A DNA stretch of 41,318 bases from a virus (lineage: Duplodnaviria; Caudoviricetes). Location: the IMG/VR virus record IMGVR_UViG_3300020045_003089, positions 1 to 41,318 of that record; one strand, 5' to 3'. The translations under genes were made by a program, and so were the position numbers. Below are positions 7,855-17,766 of this stretch, one piece after another. The notes beneath the pieces were generated by a model. The model was not told the origin of the DNA, did not search any database, and saw nothing but the letters and a program-made list of their open reading frames with translations. How positions within the stretch are numbered: the first letter of the stretch is position 1; every line of letters begins with the position of its first letter.

Positions 7855-8911
7855 GCCAACATTCGATGAGCAAACTAAAAAAGAGTTATTAGAGGTCTTA
7901 GATTCTGGCTGGGTTGGGCAGGGACCAAAGACTTATGAGTTTGAGAAGAAGTTTGCTGAATATGTGGGAGCTAAGTATTGTGTGATGACTAATTCTGCTA
8001 CTTCCGCCCTAGATTTGAGCTTGAAAGTCTATAACATAAAAGGTGGAGAGTTGATTACGACTCCTATGACATTTGTTTCGGATGCAATAGTTGGTGAGTG
8101 GAATAGTATGGATGTGACTTTCGCAGACATAGACGAAGATTCACTTTGTATTGATCCAGGAGCTATTAAAATAACACCAGAGACCAAAGCTATAATTGCT
8201 GTTGATTCACACGGCAGGTTGGCTGATATAAAAGCGATTAAAGCTAAATTTAATGGCTTAGTTATTGAGGATGCCGCCCATGCCTGTTATACGCCTGGAG
8301 CTGGTGAACATGCAGATATAACAATATGGAGTTTTCAGGCAGTTAAGACACTCCCAATCTTCGATGGTGGAGCTATAACTACTAATGATGAGGCAATTTA
8401 TAAGAAACTTAGAACACTAACTTGGTTAGGAGTAGAAAAGACTACATTTGAGAGGGTATCTGATAGAGGCTACAATTGGCAATATGATATTACTCAAGCA
8501 CAGGGCATCAAGGCCTACATGACTGATGTACAGGCTGTTATTGGCTTGGGACAACTAAGAAGACTTGAGAATATGAATGAGAAGAGAAGAGATATACAGG
8601 CACGCTATAGTAAAGCCTTTAAGGGTAAACCGTGGTTTAAGGAACCGGAATTTTCCCACACGGTTCAATACTATACTCCTCAATTTGAAAATAGAGACGG
8701 ACTTTTTAGTCATTTAGCAGATAAAGGTATATCAACTTCTGTCCATTTCCAACCGCTCTCAGAGACAACTTACTGGAAAAAAGCTGTCAAAAATCCATTA
8801 CCAGTAACAGATAGAGTATGGAAGAAATTATTATCATTACCATGTCATAATGCTTTAACTGACGAGGAACAGGAATATATAATAAAACAAGTAATAAATT
8901 TCTATGAATAG
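7832..8911 (+). CDS. DegT/DnrJ/EryC1/StrS sugar aminotransferase
   Basis: SGW..GP...FE..FA, NSATSAL, IEDAAHA, SFQAVK (PLP lysine), DGGAITT. Confidence 0.95.
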   Translation: MKTIPVCKPTFDEQTKKELLEVLDSGWVGQGPKTYEFEKKFAEYVGAKYCVMTNSATSALDLSLKVYNIKGGELITTPMTFVSDAIVGEWNSMDVTFADIDEDSLCIDPGAIKITPETKAIIAVDSHGRLADIKAIKAKFNGLVIEDAAHACYTPGAGEHADITIWSFQAVKTLPIFDGGAITTNDEAIYKKLRTLTWLGVEKTTFERVSDRGYNWQYDITQAQGIKAYMTDVQAVIGLGQLRRLENMNEKRRDIQARYSKAFKGKPWFKEPEFSHTVQYYTPQFENRDGLFSHLADKGISTSVHFQPLSETTYWKKAVKNPLPVTDRVWKKLLSLPCHNALTDEEQEYIIKQVINFYE

Positions 8912-9533
8912 GATATTAATAACTGGGGGAACTGGTAGATTGGCCTTTGAACTTAAAAAACACCTTGAAGGCGAATATGTTGGGATTGAACATTGGGATT
9001 TAAGAGAAGCTATTCCAGTTAAAGACTATGATTTAATTGTTCATATGGGGGCATATACAGATGTAGTAAAAGCAGAGAGTGAATCAAGAGATTGTTTCAT
9101 GACTAATACTTTTGGAACTTTCAATCTCCTACAAAATTATGCAAATACACCAGTTATATATATATCGACTGAGTATGCAAGGAATCCTCTAGGTGTGTAT
9201 GCTAAAAGTAAGCGTTGGGCCGAGGAGATAGTAAAAGACCATTCTGCACCATACCTAATATTAAGAACTTCTTTTAAGCCAACACCTTTCCCATTTCCAA
9301 AAGCATATATAGATCAATATACGCAAGGTGACTCGATAGACATAATTGCAGAAATACTAGCTAAAAGAGTTAAAGATTGGGATAGGAAGACATCACTATT
9401 TGAGTATCTAGGTACAGGTAGGAAGACAATATATGAGATGGCAATAAAAACTAGGCCTGATGTAGTGGGTAATTCAGTAGATGAATACAATCAAAAGATT
9501 GGTAAAAATCTAATTCCCTATGACTATGAATAG
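8904..9533 (+). CDS. RmlD-like NAD(P)-dependent sugar reductase (SDR)
   Basis: ITGGTGRL, AYTDV.KAE, YISTEY, YAKSK, LILRTSF. Confidence 0.88.
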   Translation: MNRILITGGTGRLAFELKKHLEGEYVGIEHWDLREAIPVKDYDLIVHMGAYTDVVKAESESRDCFMTNTFGTFNLLQNYANTPVIYISTEYARNPLGVYAKSKRWAEEIVKDHSAPYLILRTSFKPTPFPFPKAYIDQYTQGDSIDIIAEILAKRVKDWDRKTSLFEYLGTGRKTIYEMAIKTRPDVVGNSVDEYNQKIGKNLIPYDYE

Positions 9534-10701
9534 TATAACATTAGAACAATTATTCAAAACACCAAGAATGGGTCATGCACCTTTAGACAATGTAAATAGT
9601 GTTGAAGGCTTATATTCTTTGATTTACTATTATTTTAAGCCTGACTTTAAGATCGTTGAGGTTGGATCATTTCAAGGAGTCTCAACTATGTTATTCTCTA
9701 AGTTTGTTAATACTGTTTATAGTGTGGACTGCTATGACTATAAGGTCCCAGATACTGGTCGCATCCCATCACATGACCAGTTATTCATAGATGCCGAGGA
9801 TATCTTTATACAAAGGACCAAGGATATTAAAAACATTGTTAAAATTAAAAAGTCTAGTTTAGAAGCATCAAAAGAATTCCCAAATAAATCCTTAGATGCT
9901 GTCTATATAGATGCAGAGCATGACGAAGAAAGCGTTAGGTCGGATATCAAGGCGTGGCTCCCTAAGATTAAATTTGGGGGTTATCTATGTGGCCATGACT
10001 TCTATCTTTCGCATATCCAAAAGATTCTTAATGAGGAGGGTTTTCAGAAGATAACTAGGTCTTCGGATAGCTCTTGGCTAGTCCAGATCCCAACAGTTAG
10101 CCTAGTAGCAGTCGCTTCGACAAAGGTTAGGGAGACTATAGAAGCCCTACGAAAGAGTAGAAGGCAGATGGATTTTAATAAAATTAAACTATTTACGCAC
10201 GAAGATATATTTGACCCAGATATTGAAGTTATTAAAATTGAGGAACTTGACTATAAGGGCTATAATGAATTTATTGCCTGTCGCCTATGGTCATACATAG
10301 ATACAGACTTTATATTATTAGTCCAAAATGATGGCTATGTACTGGATGGGTCTTTATGGACTGATGATTTTCTAAAATATGATTATATAGGAGCACCTTG
10401 GCCTATACCTAATGATGACAAAACATATAGGACCCCTGACGGGAGATTGGTTAGGGTGGGTAATGGTGGCTTTAGTCTTAGGAGTAGGGGGCTGTTAGAA
10501 GCTCCCCATATTCTAGGTTTAAAGTTTAGTGACGAAGGTACAGGTTATTGGCATGAAGATGGATTCATCTGTGTTCATCATAGGCAAGAGTTAGAAGAGC
10601 AAGGTATTAAGTTTGCACCAGTAGAATTAGCGGCTAGATTTTCAACTGAGTTAACTGTCCCTGAAACCGTAAAGAGCTTCGGTGGACATAAATACATATG
10701 A
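9520..10701 (+). CDS. Class I SAM methyltransferase (Methyltransf_24-like) fused to DUF5672-like GT-A domain
   Basis: VEVGSFQGVS, VYIDAEH, GGYLCGHDF; then LLVQNDGY, YDYIGAPW, VGNGGFSLRS, HEDGFIC. Confidence 0.88.
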   Translation: MTMNSITLEQLFKTPRMGHAPLDNVNSVEGLYSLIYYYFKPDFKIVEVGSFQGVSTMLFSKFVNTVYSVDCYDYKVPDTGRIPSHDQLFIDAEDIFIQRTKDIKNIVKIKKSSLEASKEFPNKSLDAVYIDAEHDEESVRSDIKAWLPKIKFGGYLCGHDFYLSHIQKILNEEGFQKITRSSDSSWLVQIPTVSLVAVASTKVRETIEALRKSRRQMDFNKIKLFTHEDIFDPDIEVIKIEELDYKGYNEFIACRLWSYIDTDFILLVQNDGYVLDGSLWTDDFLKYDYIGAPWPIPNDDKTYRTPDGRLVRVGNGGFSLRSRGLLEAPHILGLKFSDEGTGYWHEDGFICVHHRQELEEQGIKFAPVELAARFSTELTVPETVKSFGGHKYI

Positions 10702-11459
10702 TTATAGGGGTTTTTCATCAAGGAAGTGGGCTCGGCAACCAACTACATCGCTATGTGGCGACTAGGGTTGGAGCTGCTGACTTGGGTGTGGATTATGGGA
10801 TGTTCTACAATCCAGATGATTCAGGCAAGGAAAAGGGTTTTAAAGGTTCTGGGTTTATTTTAAATAAACCTTTTATTATTGGGGTATCATGGTTACAAAA
10901 TATAAAGTATTGGGAAGAAAAAAAAGTTATTGAAAATGGGGTAGATATTAGAAGCTACGACCCCGAGTTTAACTTTATCGAAAATAATATGGTTATTGAT
11001 GGCGAGTTCCAAGACGAAAGGTACTGGGAACACCGAGAGAAAGAAGTAGACGAATGGCTAAAAGTAGCACCCCTAGAAATACCAGACAACTTGTGCGTGA
11101 TTAGCTTTAGAGGTGGTGAGTTTGCCTTATACCCTGATCTATTTCTAACTCCTGAGTATTATGATAAAGCCATAGCTAAAATGCGAGAGATTAACCCAGA
11201 TATGTTGTTTGAGATACATACTGATGACCCAGTATTAGCTCATCAATTCTTCCCTAATTTTACAGTAGTTCACGATATAGGATTAAACTGGCGTTCGATG
11301 AGATACGCAAAATATGCTATAATAGCTAATTCTTCTTTCTGTATTCTCCCTAGGTGGTTAAGAAATGGCGTGACAATTGCCCCTAGATATTGGGGTAGAA
11401 GGAATACAAAAGTCTGGTCATTACCACAAAATTATTATAAACGCTTTATATATATATGA
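10698..11459 (+). CDS. Second, divergent GT11-like glycosyltransferase
   Basis: GSGLGNQL, GEFQDERY, FRGGEF, YYDKAI, TDD, IIANSSF. Confidence 0.8.
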   Translation: MIIGVFHQGSGLGNQLHRYVATRVGAADLGVDYGMFYNPDDSGKEKGFKGSGFILNKPFIIGVSWLQNIKYWEEKKVIENGVDIRSYDPEFNFIENNMVIDGEFQDERYWEHREKEVDEWLKVAPLEIPDNLCVISFRGGEFALYPDLFLTPEYYDKAIAKMREINPDMLFEIHTDDPVLAHQFFPNFTVVHDIGLNWRSMRYAKYAIIANSSFCILPRWLRNGVTIAPRYWGRRNTKVWSLPQNYYKRFIYI

Positions 11460-12094
11460 TCCAATTTATAGTAAGTAGATACAATCATGACATAAGCTGG
11501 TTGGCCGAATATGCTCAAAGTATTGTTCTGTATGACAGAAGTGAGCAACCTATTCCAGGCTCAATAATAGTCCCTAATTTAGGCTCTGATATATTAGATA
11601 AGCTTCACTATATAGTTACTAACTATAACAATCTACCCGATGTAGGAATCTACACAAAGGCCAATCTCTTCAAATACATAACGAAAGAAGAATTTAATAG
11701 AGTGAAAGACAATAAAGAATTCACGCCACTACTGACCATGAACCATAAGGAGACTAAGTATGATGGCGCACCTGAGTATGTCCAAAGACATGGCACAGAT
11801 AAAGATGTTAGCTACTATAAGGATGGTATATACTGGGAGCTAAATAATGGTTGGTATTTAAATGAGCATCCAGTTAGGAACGACCCTAAAGAGGTAATGC
11901 AAGCTGTAGGCATAGATAAAATGGAGTATGTCCCATTTGCCCCAGGTAGTAATTATATTCTTACAAAAGAAAATATTAGAAAGCACCCAGTTGAATATTA
12001 CATTAAACTCTATAACTATTTAAATTGGGCCGTATATCCTGGGGAAGCTATGATAATAGAGCGTGGACTATACACTATATTTAAACCTAGCTAA
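11456..12094 (+). CDS. DUF3431-like protein (putative glycosyltransferase-related)
   Basis: VSRYNHDISWL, PNLG, L.YIV.NYNNLPD, FAPGSNYI..KE.I, IER. Confidence 0.75.
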   Translation: MIQFIVSRYNHDISWLAEYAQSIVLYDRSEQPIPGSIIVPNLGSDILDKLHYIVTNYNNLPDVGIYTKANLFKYITKEEFNRVKDNKEFTPLLTMNHKETKYDGAPEYVQRHGTDKDVSYYKDGIYWELNNGWYLNEHPVRNDPKEVMQAVGIDKMEYVPFAPGSNYILTKENIRKHPVEYYIKLYNYLNWAVYPGEAMIIERGLYTIFKPS

Positions 12095-12099
12095 CTTAC

Positions 12100-12870
12100 A
12101 TGATTATTGACGTTATCACCTACAATGGGGAAGAAGAATTATTTGAAATAAGGTATAATATACTCAAGGACTATGTTGATGAGTTTAGGGTTATTGAGTT
12201 TGACAAGACATTCAGTGGGGAGCCTAAAGGCCCCGTATTCACTCAAAATTGGCCTAAGGTGAAGAGTTACTATATGACTGAAGACATATGGTCTAAGTAC
12301 ATAGAATTAGCCAAATCTAGCCCAAATACTGAATATGGGAAGGGGGCAGAGCATTGGGTGAGAGAATTTTGTCAGAAGGAATCTATAAAAGATTGTCTCA
12401 CGGATTTAAAGAGTAAAAATATTGTTTATGTAGGGGATTGCGATGAGATACCTAACCCCTTATTTATAATGGACGAGGATTTACCTATTAAGCTAAAGTT
12501 AAAAGTGTATAGTTATTACCTTAATAATAGATCTACTGAGCAATTCTGGGGGACCCTTGTAGCCAGGTATTCTAATATAGAAAATAATTGTCTGAATCAC
12601 CTTAGGACTAACACCAAGAAGACAGATGATGACTATGGCTGGCACTTCACAAGCATGGGGGGTTATCAAAAGGTAAAGGATAAGCTTGAGGCTTCATATA
12701 CAAGTGACTCTTATGCTAACCCTTATGTATTGGACAACTTATATGATAATATGCAAGATAATAGAGACTTTCTAGGCAGAGACTTCGCGTATAAGATAGA
12801 CGAAAGTTGGTGGCCTAAATATCTGATAGATAATAGAGATAAATATAAGCACTTATTAAAACATGAATGA
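12100..12870 (+). CDS. GT17-like (beta-1,4-GlcNAc transferase-like) glycosyltransferase
   Basis: D...YNGE..LFEIR, VDEF..IE...TFSG.PK, W.RE..Q, GDCDEIP, GWHFTSMG. Confidence 0.85.
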   Translation: MIIDVITYNGEEELFEIRYNILKDYVDEFRVIEFDKTFSGEPKGPVFTQNWPKVKSYYMTEDIWSKYIELAKSSPNTEYGKGAEHWVREFCQKESIKDCLTDLKSKNIVYVGDCDEIPNPLFIMDEDLPIKLKLKVYSYYLNNRSTEQFWGTLVARYSNIENNCLNHLRTNTKKTDDDYGWHFTSMGGYQKVKDKLEASYTSDSYANPYVLDNLYDNMQDNRDFLGRDFAYKIDESWWPKYLIDNRDKYKHLLKHE

Positions 12871-13150
12871 GGACATAAATCAAGAAGAAATTACTGAGAA
12901 ACAGTCAAGTAACAGACCTTGGTTATTTCAACCTGGCAAGTCAGGTAATCCAGGGGGTAGACCAAAAGGTTCAAAGTCATTAAAGACTTATGCTCAGGAG
13001 ATGTTAAGAGATATGACAGATGAGGAGAAGCTTGAATTCATGAGAGGACTTGATAAGAAGATTATCTGGGAGATGGGAGAAGGTAAAGCAAAACAAGACT
13101 TAGATTTAAGTGGAGAAGTCACAACTAAAATAATATCTGTAGATGAATAA
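12863..13150 (+). CDS. terS: Terminase small subunit (DUF5681-like motif)
   Basis: WLFQPGKSGNPGGRPKG; directly upstream of and overlapping TerL. Confidence 0.75.
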   Translation: MNEDINQEEITEKQSSNRPWLFQPGKSGNPGGRPKGSKSLKTYAQEMLRDMTDEEKLEFMRGLDKKIIWEMGEGKAKQDLDLSGEVTTKIISVDE

Positions 13151-14516
13151 TGGGGAAATCATCAAATTCTCAGAACTCACTAAATTCTTTGCAAAGCAAC
13201 AGGAAGCTCTTGAAGCGTCGAAGAGATTTAAATTTGTGTTATTTGGCGGTTCCGTCGGCAGTGGTAAGTCCTATTGGTTACGATGGTCATGCCTATATTG
13301 GCTTATTAAATACCACGCGAAGTATAATATTAAAGGCATACGAGCTGGGTTATTCTGTGAAGACTACCCATCATTAAACGATAGACATTTAACTAAGATA
13401 AAGTTTGAGTTCCCTAAATGGCTAGGGACTTGGAATGAGCAGAGAAAAGAATTTACATTAGCTCCCGAGTATGGTTCTGGGATATTAGCATTTAGAAACT
13501 TAGATGAACCAGAGAAATATTTATCTGTAGAGTTTGCAGTGATAGCTATAGATGAGATAAATAGGAATCCAAAGACAACATTTGATATGTTACGCTCTAG
13601 GCATAGATGGCCTGGAATAAAAGATACAAAGTTCCTTGCTGGCTGTAATCCTTTAGGTGAAGCCTGGGTAAAGAATATGTGGGTTAAAAGATTATTCCCA
13701 CCTAATGAGAAAGAGCAATACGAGTTTGTTTATGTTCCAGCTTTACCAACGGATAATCCTCATTTACCACAAGAATATTATAAAAGCTTAGAGTCTCTAC
13801 CGGATAACCAAAGGAGAGCTTATTTAGAAGGCAACTGGGATGCTTTTGATGAAGGCGTAGATGAGAAGGGTTATACTCGTTTAATATCTGATAGGGAGTT
13901 ACAAGCTAGTTATACAAACGAGACTGAACATGCTGGGTATGTAATTGGTGGTATTGATCCCGCCGCTGGAGGAGACAATTCAGCTATTGCAATTAAATCA
14001 GCTAATCTATTAGAGATTGCCTTTAACCAGAGACTCCAGGACACAATGGATTTAGTTGGTCAAGCTATAGAGGCTAATAGAAAGTATAAAGTTGATTATT
14101 GGGTTATAGACAAGACGGGTGTAGGGCAAGGAGTTTATGATAGGTTAAAGGAGCTTGGCTATAATGTTAGGGGCGTGTCTTTTGGTGAGAAGAGCGAAGA
14201 TGAACAGTACCAGAATTTAAAAGCAGAATGGCATTTTAGATTAAGAAAATGGGTATTAAGTGGTGGTAGGTTAAAGCAGGACTATGGTTGGAATGAATTA
14301 GAAGTGGTAAAATATAAACACAAAGATAGCAAGATCATAATACAACCCAAGGAAGAACTATTTAAAGATGGTATCCCGTCACCCAATTGTGTGGATGCCG
14401 CAGTTCTGACTATGGTTTTGAATGATCAATCAATTAAATCTGCTCGTGTCATAAAGCAAATGATGGGTAGAGAATTTCATGACCAAACAAACAAAATCTG
14501 GAGAAACGAAAATTAA
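13143..14516 (+). CDS. terL: Terminase large subunit
   Basis: Walker A GGSVGSGKS, Walker B IAIDE, GCNP coupling motif, DNPHL, nuclease GIDPA/IDKTGVG/DA. Confidence 0.96.
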   Translation: MNNGEIIKFSELTKFFAKQQEALEASKRFKFVLFGGSVGSGKSYWLRWSCLYWLIKYHAKYNIKGIRAGLFCEDYPSLNDRHLTKIKFEFPKWLGTWNEQRKEFTLAPEYGSGILAFRNLDEPEKYLSVEFAVIAIDEINRNPKTTFDMLRSRHRWPGIKDTKFLAGCNPLGEAWVKNMWVKRLFPPNEKEQYEFVYVPALPTDNPHLPQEYYKSLESLPDNQRRAYLEGNWDAFDEGVDEKGYTRLISDRELQASYTNETEHAGYVIGGIDPAAGGDNSAIAIKSANLLEIAFNQRLQDTMDLVGQAIEANRKYKVDYWVIDKTGVGQGVYDRLKELGYNVRGVSFGEKSEDEQYQNLKAEWHFRLRKWVLSGGRLKQDYGWNELEVVKYKHKDSKIIIQPKEELFKDGIPSPNCVDAAVLTMVLNDQSIKSARVIKQMMGREFHDQTNKIWRNEN

Positions 14517-14940
14517 CATAGAGAACTTACAGAAGATTGAACGTGGTGATGGTGTGCATATTGATAGTGATACTAAATATGATTACGCTGGTAATTTTGA
14601 AGCTCATAGTGAACCGTTAATTGATTCAGGTACAGGTAAAGTAGTATCAATCAGAACTTTCACTTTTAAGATGAATCCCTTAAAACTAAAAGAAAGACCA
14701 CCAGATAAACAGACACTTTTCAATGCTCATGCTAAGCAAATCACAACTATTCTTTGGGGAGATGGCTTAAGGCCACTAGAAGAAGTTAATCCTCGTGTTA
14801 TAATTAATAAAAATATCGGCATATATCAAATATTCGTTCCATGTGAACCAAAGCCAGGCGTGATGGTTGTGGATGAAGTAAAGAATCTATCAGCCGAATT
14901 AGCTAAAAACAATAAAAGTAAACTCGTGAAACGTAATTAA
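14479..14940 (+). CDS. Hypothetical protein between TerL and portal
   Basis: 153-aa ORF, TAATG-coupled to the portal gene. Confidence 0.7.
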   Translation: MTKQTKSGETKINIENLQKIERGDGVHIDSDTKYDYAGNFEAHSEPLIDSGTGKVVSIRTFTFKMNPLKLKERPPDKQTLFNAHAKQITTILWGDGLRPLEEVNPRVIINKNIGIYQIFVPCEPKPGVMVVDEVKNLSAELAKNNKSKLVKRN

Positions 14941-16859
14941 TGGAGACACTACAAGAAATCCAAAGTAAGTACCAAGAATCATTTGAATTTTTAGAAGCTC
15001 GCAAACGAAGGCAAGTAGCCCAATTAGTTCTTCTAAATAATCTAAATCGTGGTGATCAGAATATAGCCTCGACACTTCTAGTTACGCTATTTAATCGTAT
15101 TATGTCTTCTCTCTATGATGATAAGATGCAGATTAAGTTCTTACCATCACAAGGTATTAAGCAACAACAGCTTAACTCGTATAACTCATTAGCTCAGTCT
15201 GATTATCTAGAGATGGGTAAAGCTAAGCTGGATTATGATTGGAACTGGGATTCTTTATTCTTTGGTCGCGGATATATAGAGACACTAAGGTTTAATAAGA
15301 AAAGAAAGATCATGGAGCCAGCAGTTATTAATCCATTAGCTTTTGGTTACGATCCTTATTTTGAAGAAGTTCAGGACTGGCGATATTATTGGAAATGGGT
15401 AACGAAAACTAAATGGGAACTAAAGAAATTAATCAAAGCTAAGGTTATTACTGGTATTAGCGACCCAAGCGAGATTGAGTCTGGTATTGAGGCATACATT
15501 TGGGAATATAAAATCAAAAGAGATCAAGCTAAAAAAGCTGTAGCTCCAGCTAGTGATACTCAAGCAGGAGATGTTTTTCAGATACTTGAATACTATGGCT
15601 ACGATGATAAAGGAGATAAGTGTGTATATTGGATAGATAAAGGCTTCACAAAGATTCTTTTCAAACAGAAGTTAGATCTAATGGACGGTGAGCAAATAGT
15701 CGCCCCCGATGGACAAACCATAGAAACAGGTTCTAAATGGCCTATCGTTATTAAGGAGGCATTTCGCGAGCCCCACTCATCACTTACTTTCTCAGTAGCT
15801 GATTTACTAGAAGATAAACATAGGGCAAAGAATGTTCTACTTAATCTTGCTTTTATAGCCGCTAAAGATAAAGCTAACCCAACCTATTTATATAATCCAG
15901 ATAAAGTTAAAGATTTAACTCAGTTTTTCTCAAGACAAATAAACCAACATATACCAGTAGATGACGTAATAGATGCAGTTGCACCTCTAAACAAAGAGAA
16001 TCCATTAGATCCAGGCCTACTACAGTTTATTACTATGATGCAACAAGAGGCCAACGAACCTTTAGGTACAGGTGTTACATTGCAACCTATGAAGAATAAA
16101 ACTTCTAATACTGCTACCGAAGCATCTATAGACCAACAGTTAAATGACATAGCCCAATCTCTACAATCAAAGGTTATGCAATTTGGTGAGGCTGAGTTCT
16201 GGTCACATTGGTTCCACAGGTATAAGAAGTATGGCCCAGAATTTGGATCAAAGTTATCAAATATAGTTGGGGTCAAGAACATAAAAACAGAGGAAGTAGA
16301 GATGCAAGACTTTCAAACTGAATTCCCACCTGGAGTCCTTGTCTATTCAGCAAAGGAAGCAGAGTTTAAGGAGTTAGTTCTTAGGAGAGATTTAATAAGT
16401 GTTTATCCACAATTAGCTCAAACAATGGGATTAGACGGAATGAGAAACTTTAACAAACATGTATTCATGCCTAAGTTTTTACAAGATCCCTCACTTGTAG
16501 AAATCATGTTCCCAGATACTATAGATGAGATGAAGGCTCAACAAGAGAATGAGCAACTAGCACAAAATCAATATCCTAAAGTAGATGAGACAGATGATCA
16601 CTTATCCCATATCTACACTCATTACTTAACTCAGCCTAAAACTCTAGCCGTATGGTTCCATATTGCAGAGCATGAGAGTTTGTTAGACAAACAAAAAAGT
16701 GCTATGATGCAAGCAGAGCAACAAGCTATGCAAGACCAACAAGGAGAAGGTCCACAAAAAACAAATTCAAAAACTATAAATAAAGAGCGTCTTAATCCCA
16801 AGAGTGCGGCAACGCCTCTTAAAGCGGAGATGCAAAACGCTCAACCAACAACAGCATGA
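14940..16859 (+). CDS. Portal protein (P22-like podovirus type)
   Basis: 639 aa after TerL; WDSLFFGRG, DP, TATE motif, Q-rich C-terminal tail. Confidence 0.88.
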   Translation: METLQEIQSKYQESFEFLEARKRRQVAQLVLLNNLNRGDQNIASTLLVTLFNRIMSSLYDDKMQIKFLPSQGIKQQQLNSYNSLAQSDYLEMGKAKLDYDWNWDSLFFGRGYIETLRFNKKRKIMEPAVINPLAFGYDPYFEEVQDWRYYWKWVTKTKWELKKLIKAKVITGISDPSEIESGIEAYIWEYKIKRDQAKKAVAPASDTQAGDVFQILEYYGYDDKGDKCVYWIDKGFTKILFKQKLDLMDGEQIVAPDGQTIETGSKWPIVIKEAFREPHSSLTFSVADLLEDKHRAKNVLLNLAFIAAKDKANPTYLYNPDKVKDLTQFFSRQINQHIPVDDVIDAVAPLNKENPLDPGLLQFITMMQQEANEPLGTGVTLQPMKNKTSNTATEASIDQQLNDIAQSLQSKVMQFGEAEFWSHWFHRYKKYGPEFGSKLSNIVGVKNIKTEEVEMQDFQTEFPPGVLVYSAKEAEFKELVLRRDLISVYPQLAQTMGLDGMRNFNKHVFMPKFLQDPSLVEIMFPDTIDEMKAQQENEQLAQNQYPKVDETDDHLSHIYTHYLTQPKTLAVWFHIAEHESLLDKQKSAMMQAEQQAMQDQQGEGPQKTNSKTINKERLNPKSAATPLKAEMQNAQPTTA

Positions 16860-17284
16860 GTAACTACGCCCCCCAAATACCAAGAGATACAGGAGGAGCC
16901 CCTAAATATGCGTATGGGCCAGCCAAATTATCTCTAGCTTCGAACAATAAAGAGAATGCCGCTGCTTCCTCGATATTACTATTAAATAACCAGACAACTG
17001 AGATGGAGATTACCCCTACAGCTACCTCGGCTTTTAAGTGGCTATCCCAAACTGTTATAGATTCTTCCGTCGCAGGTACAAGTGTTATTACTATCGCTGG
17101 TAGTTCCAATTTTGATTTTATAGTACCAGCCAATGAGACACGTAGAGTCGTCGTGCCCCAGGTAGTAACATCAAATGAAACAAGTATAGCTGCTGCACAG
17201 CAGAAATTCGGTTTAGCACCAGGATTAGCCATGAAGACCGTAGTAGCTGCTGGCGTGGGTAGTGTACTAACAGTCCAATTATAA
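16856..17284 (+). CDS. Putative virion (decoration-like) protein
   Basis: Ala/Ser/Thr/Val-rich beta protein after the portal; 5 S-[VI] motifs. Confidence 0.65.
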   Translation: MSNYAPQIPRDTGGAPKYAYGPAKLSLASNNKENAAASSILLLNNQTTEMEITPTATSAFKWLSQTVIDSSVAGTSVITIAGSSNFDFIVPANETRRVVVPQVVTSNETSIAAAQQKFGLAPGLAMKTVVAAGVGSVLTVQL

Positions 17285-17286
17285 TT

Positions 17287-17457
17287 ATGGCAAAAAAGAG
17301 TATAAAAGATTTAGATATAATACTTTCTGAGGCAGATGACGTTGAGATTAAGTCACCAAAGAAAGATATATCTCTAATCGATATTAATTTCGGTAGAGAA
17401 GATTTAGACAAGTTGAGGGATAAAATTAACGAGATAATAAATGTCATCAACAAATAA
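17287..17457 (+). CDS. Small hypothetical protein (56 aa, not in ORF track)
   Basis: MAKKSIKDLD...FGREDLDKLRDKINEIINVINK; tight operon spacing. Confidence 0.7.
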   Translation: MAKKSIKDLDIILSEADDVEIKSPKKDISLIDINFGREDLDKLRDKINEIINVINK

Positions 17458-17611
17458 ACAAGACATAGTTACACCGAAGCAGATAGTAGAAGCAAAGAAA
17501 GCTAAAGAGCCAGTTAAACCAGAAAAACCGCATCATACAGGTAAAGGCACGAGAGCTAGACTGAATACTGCAGCAGAAAAGATGTTTTATCAGAGTAAGT
17601 TTTCTAAGTAG
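17441..17611 (+). CDS. Small basic protein (56 aa, not in ORF track)
   Basis: MSSTNKQDIVTPKQIVEAKKAKEPVKPEKPHHTGKGTRARLNTAAEKMFYQSKFSK. Confidence 0.55.
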   Translation: MSSTNKQDIVTPKQIVEAKKAKEPVKPEKPHHTGKGTRARLNTAAEKMFYQSKFSK

Positions 17612-17623
17612 TACCCACAATTA

Positions 17624-17719
17624 AATCCTCGAAGAGATTAGGGGGGCCGATCAGCCTACTAATGGGTTTGTCGAGGATTCCTATTAGTAGGCTACCCGAC
17701 CTCCTTAATGGTCGGTTTT
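17624..17719 (+). ncRNA. Structured intergenic element with pseudoknot and alternative terminator/antiterminator folds
   Basis: 14-bp stem 17653-17666/17680-17693; its loop 17671-17679 complementary to 17624-17632; 17637-17646/17700-17709 competes with CCGACC/GGTCGG-TTTT hairpin 17696-17719. Confidence 0.6.
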
Positions 17720-17766
17720 GCCTTATAGATGGTCGAGTATTAACCAATTAATATAACAATAAAAAT

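Noticed and set aside
3759-12870. DNA hypermodification or Gtr-type serotype-conversion cluster
   Set aside because: No hydroxymethylase/TET/DNA polymerase and no membrane GT, flippase or GtrAB; disfavoured, not formally excluded
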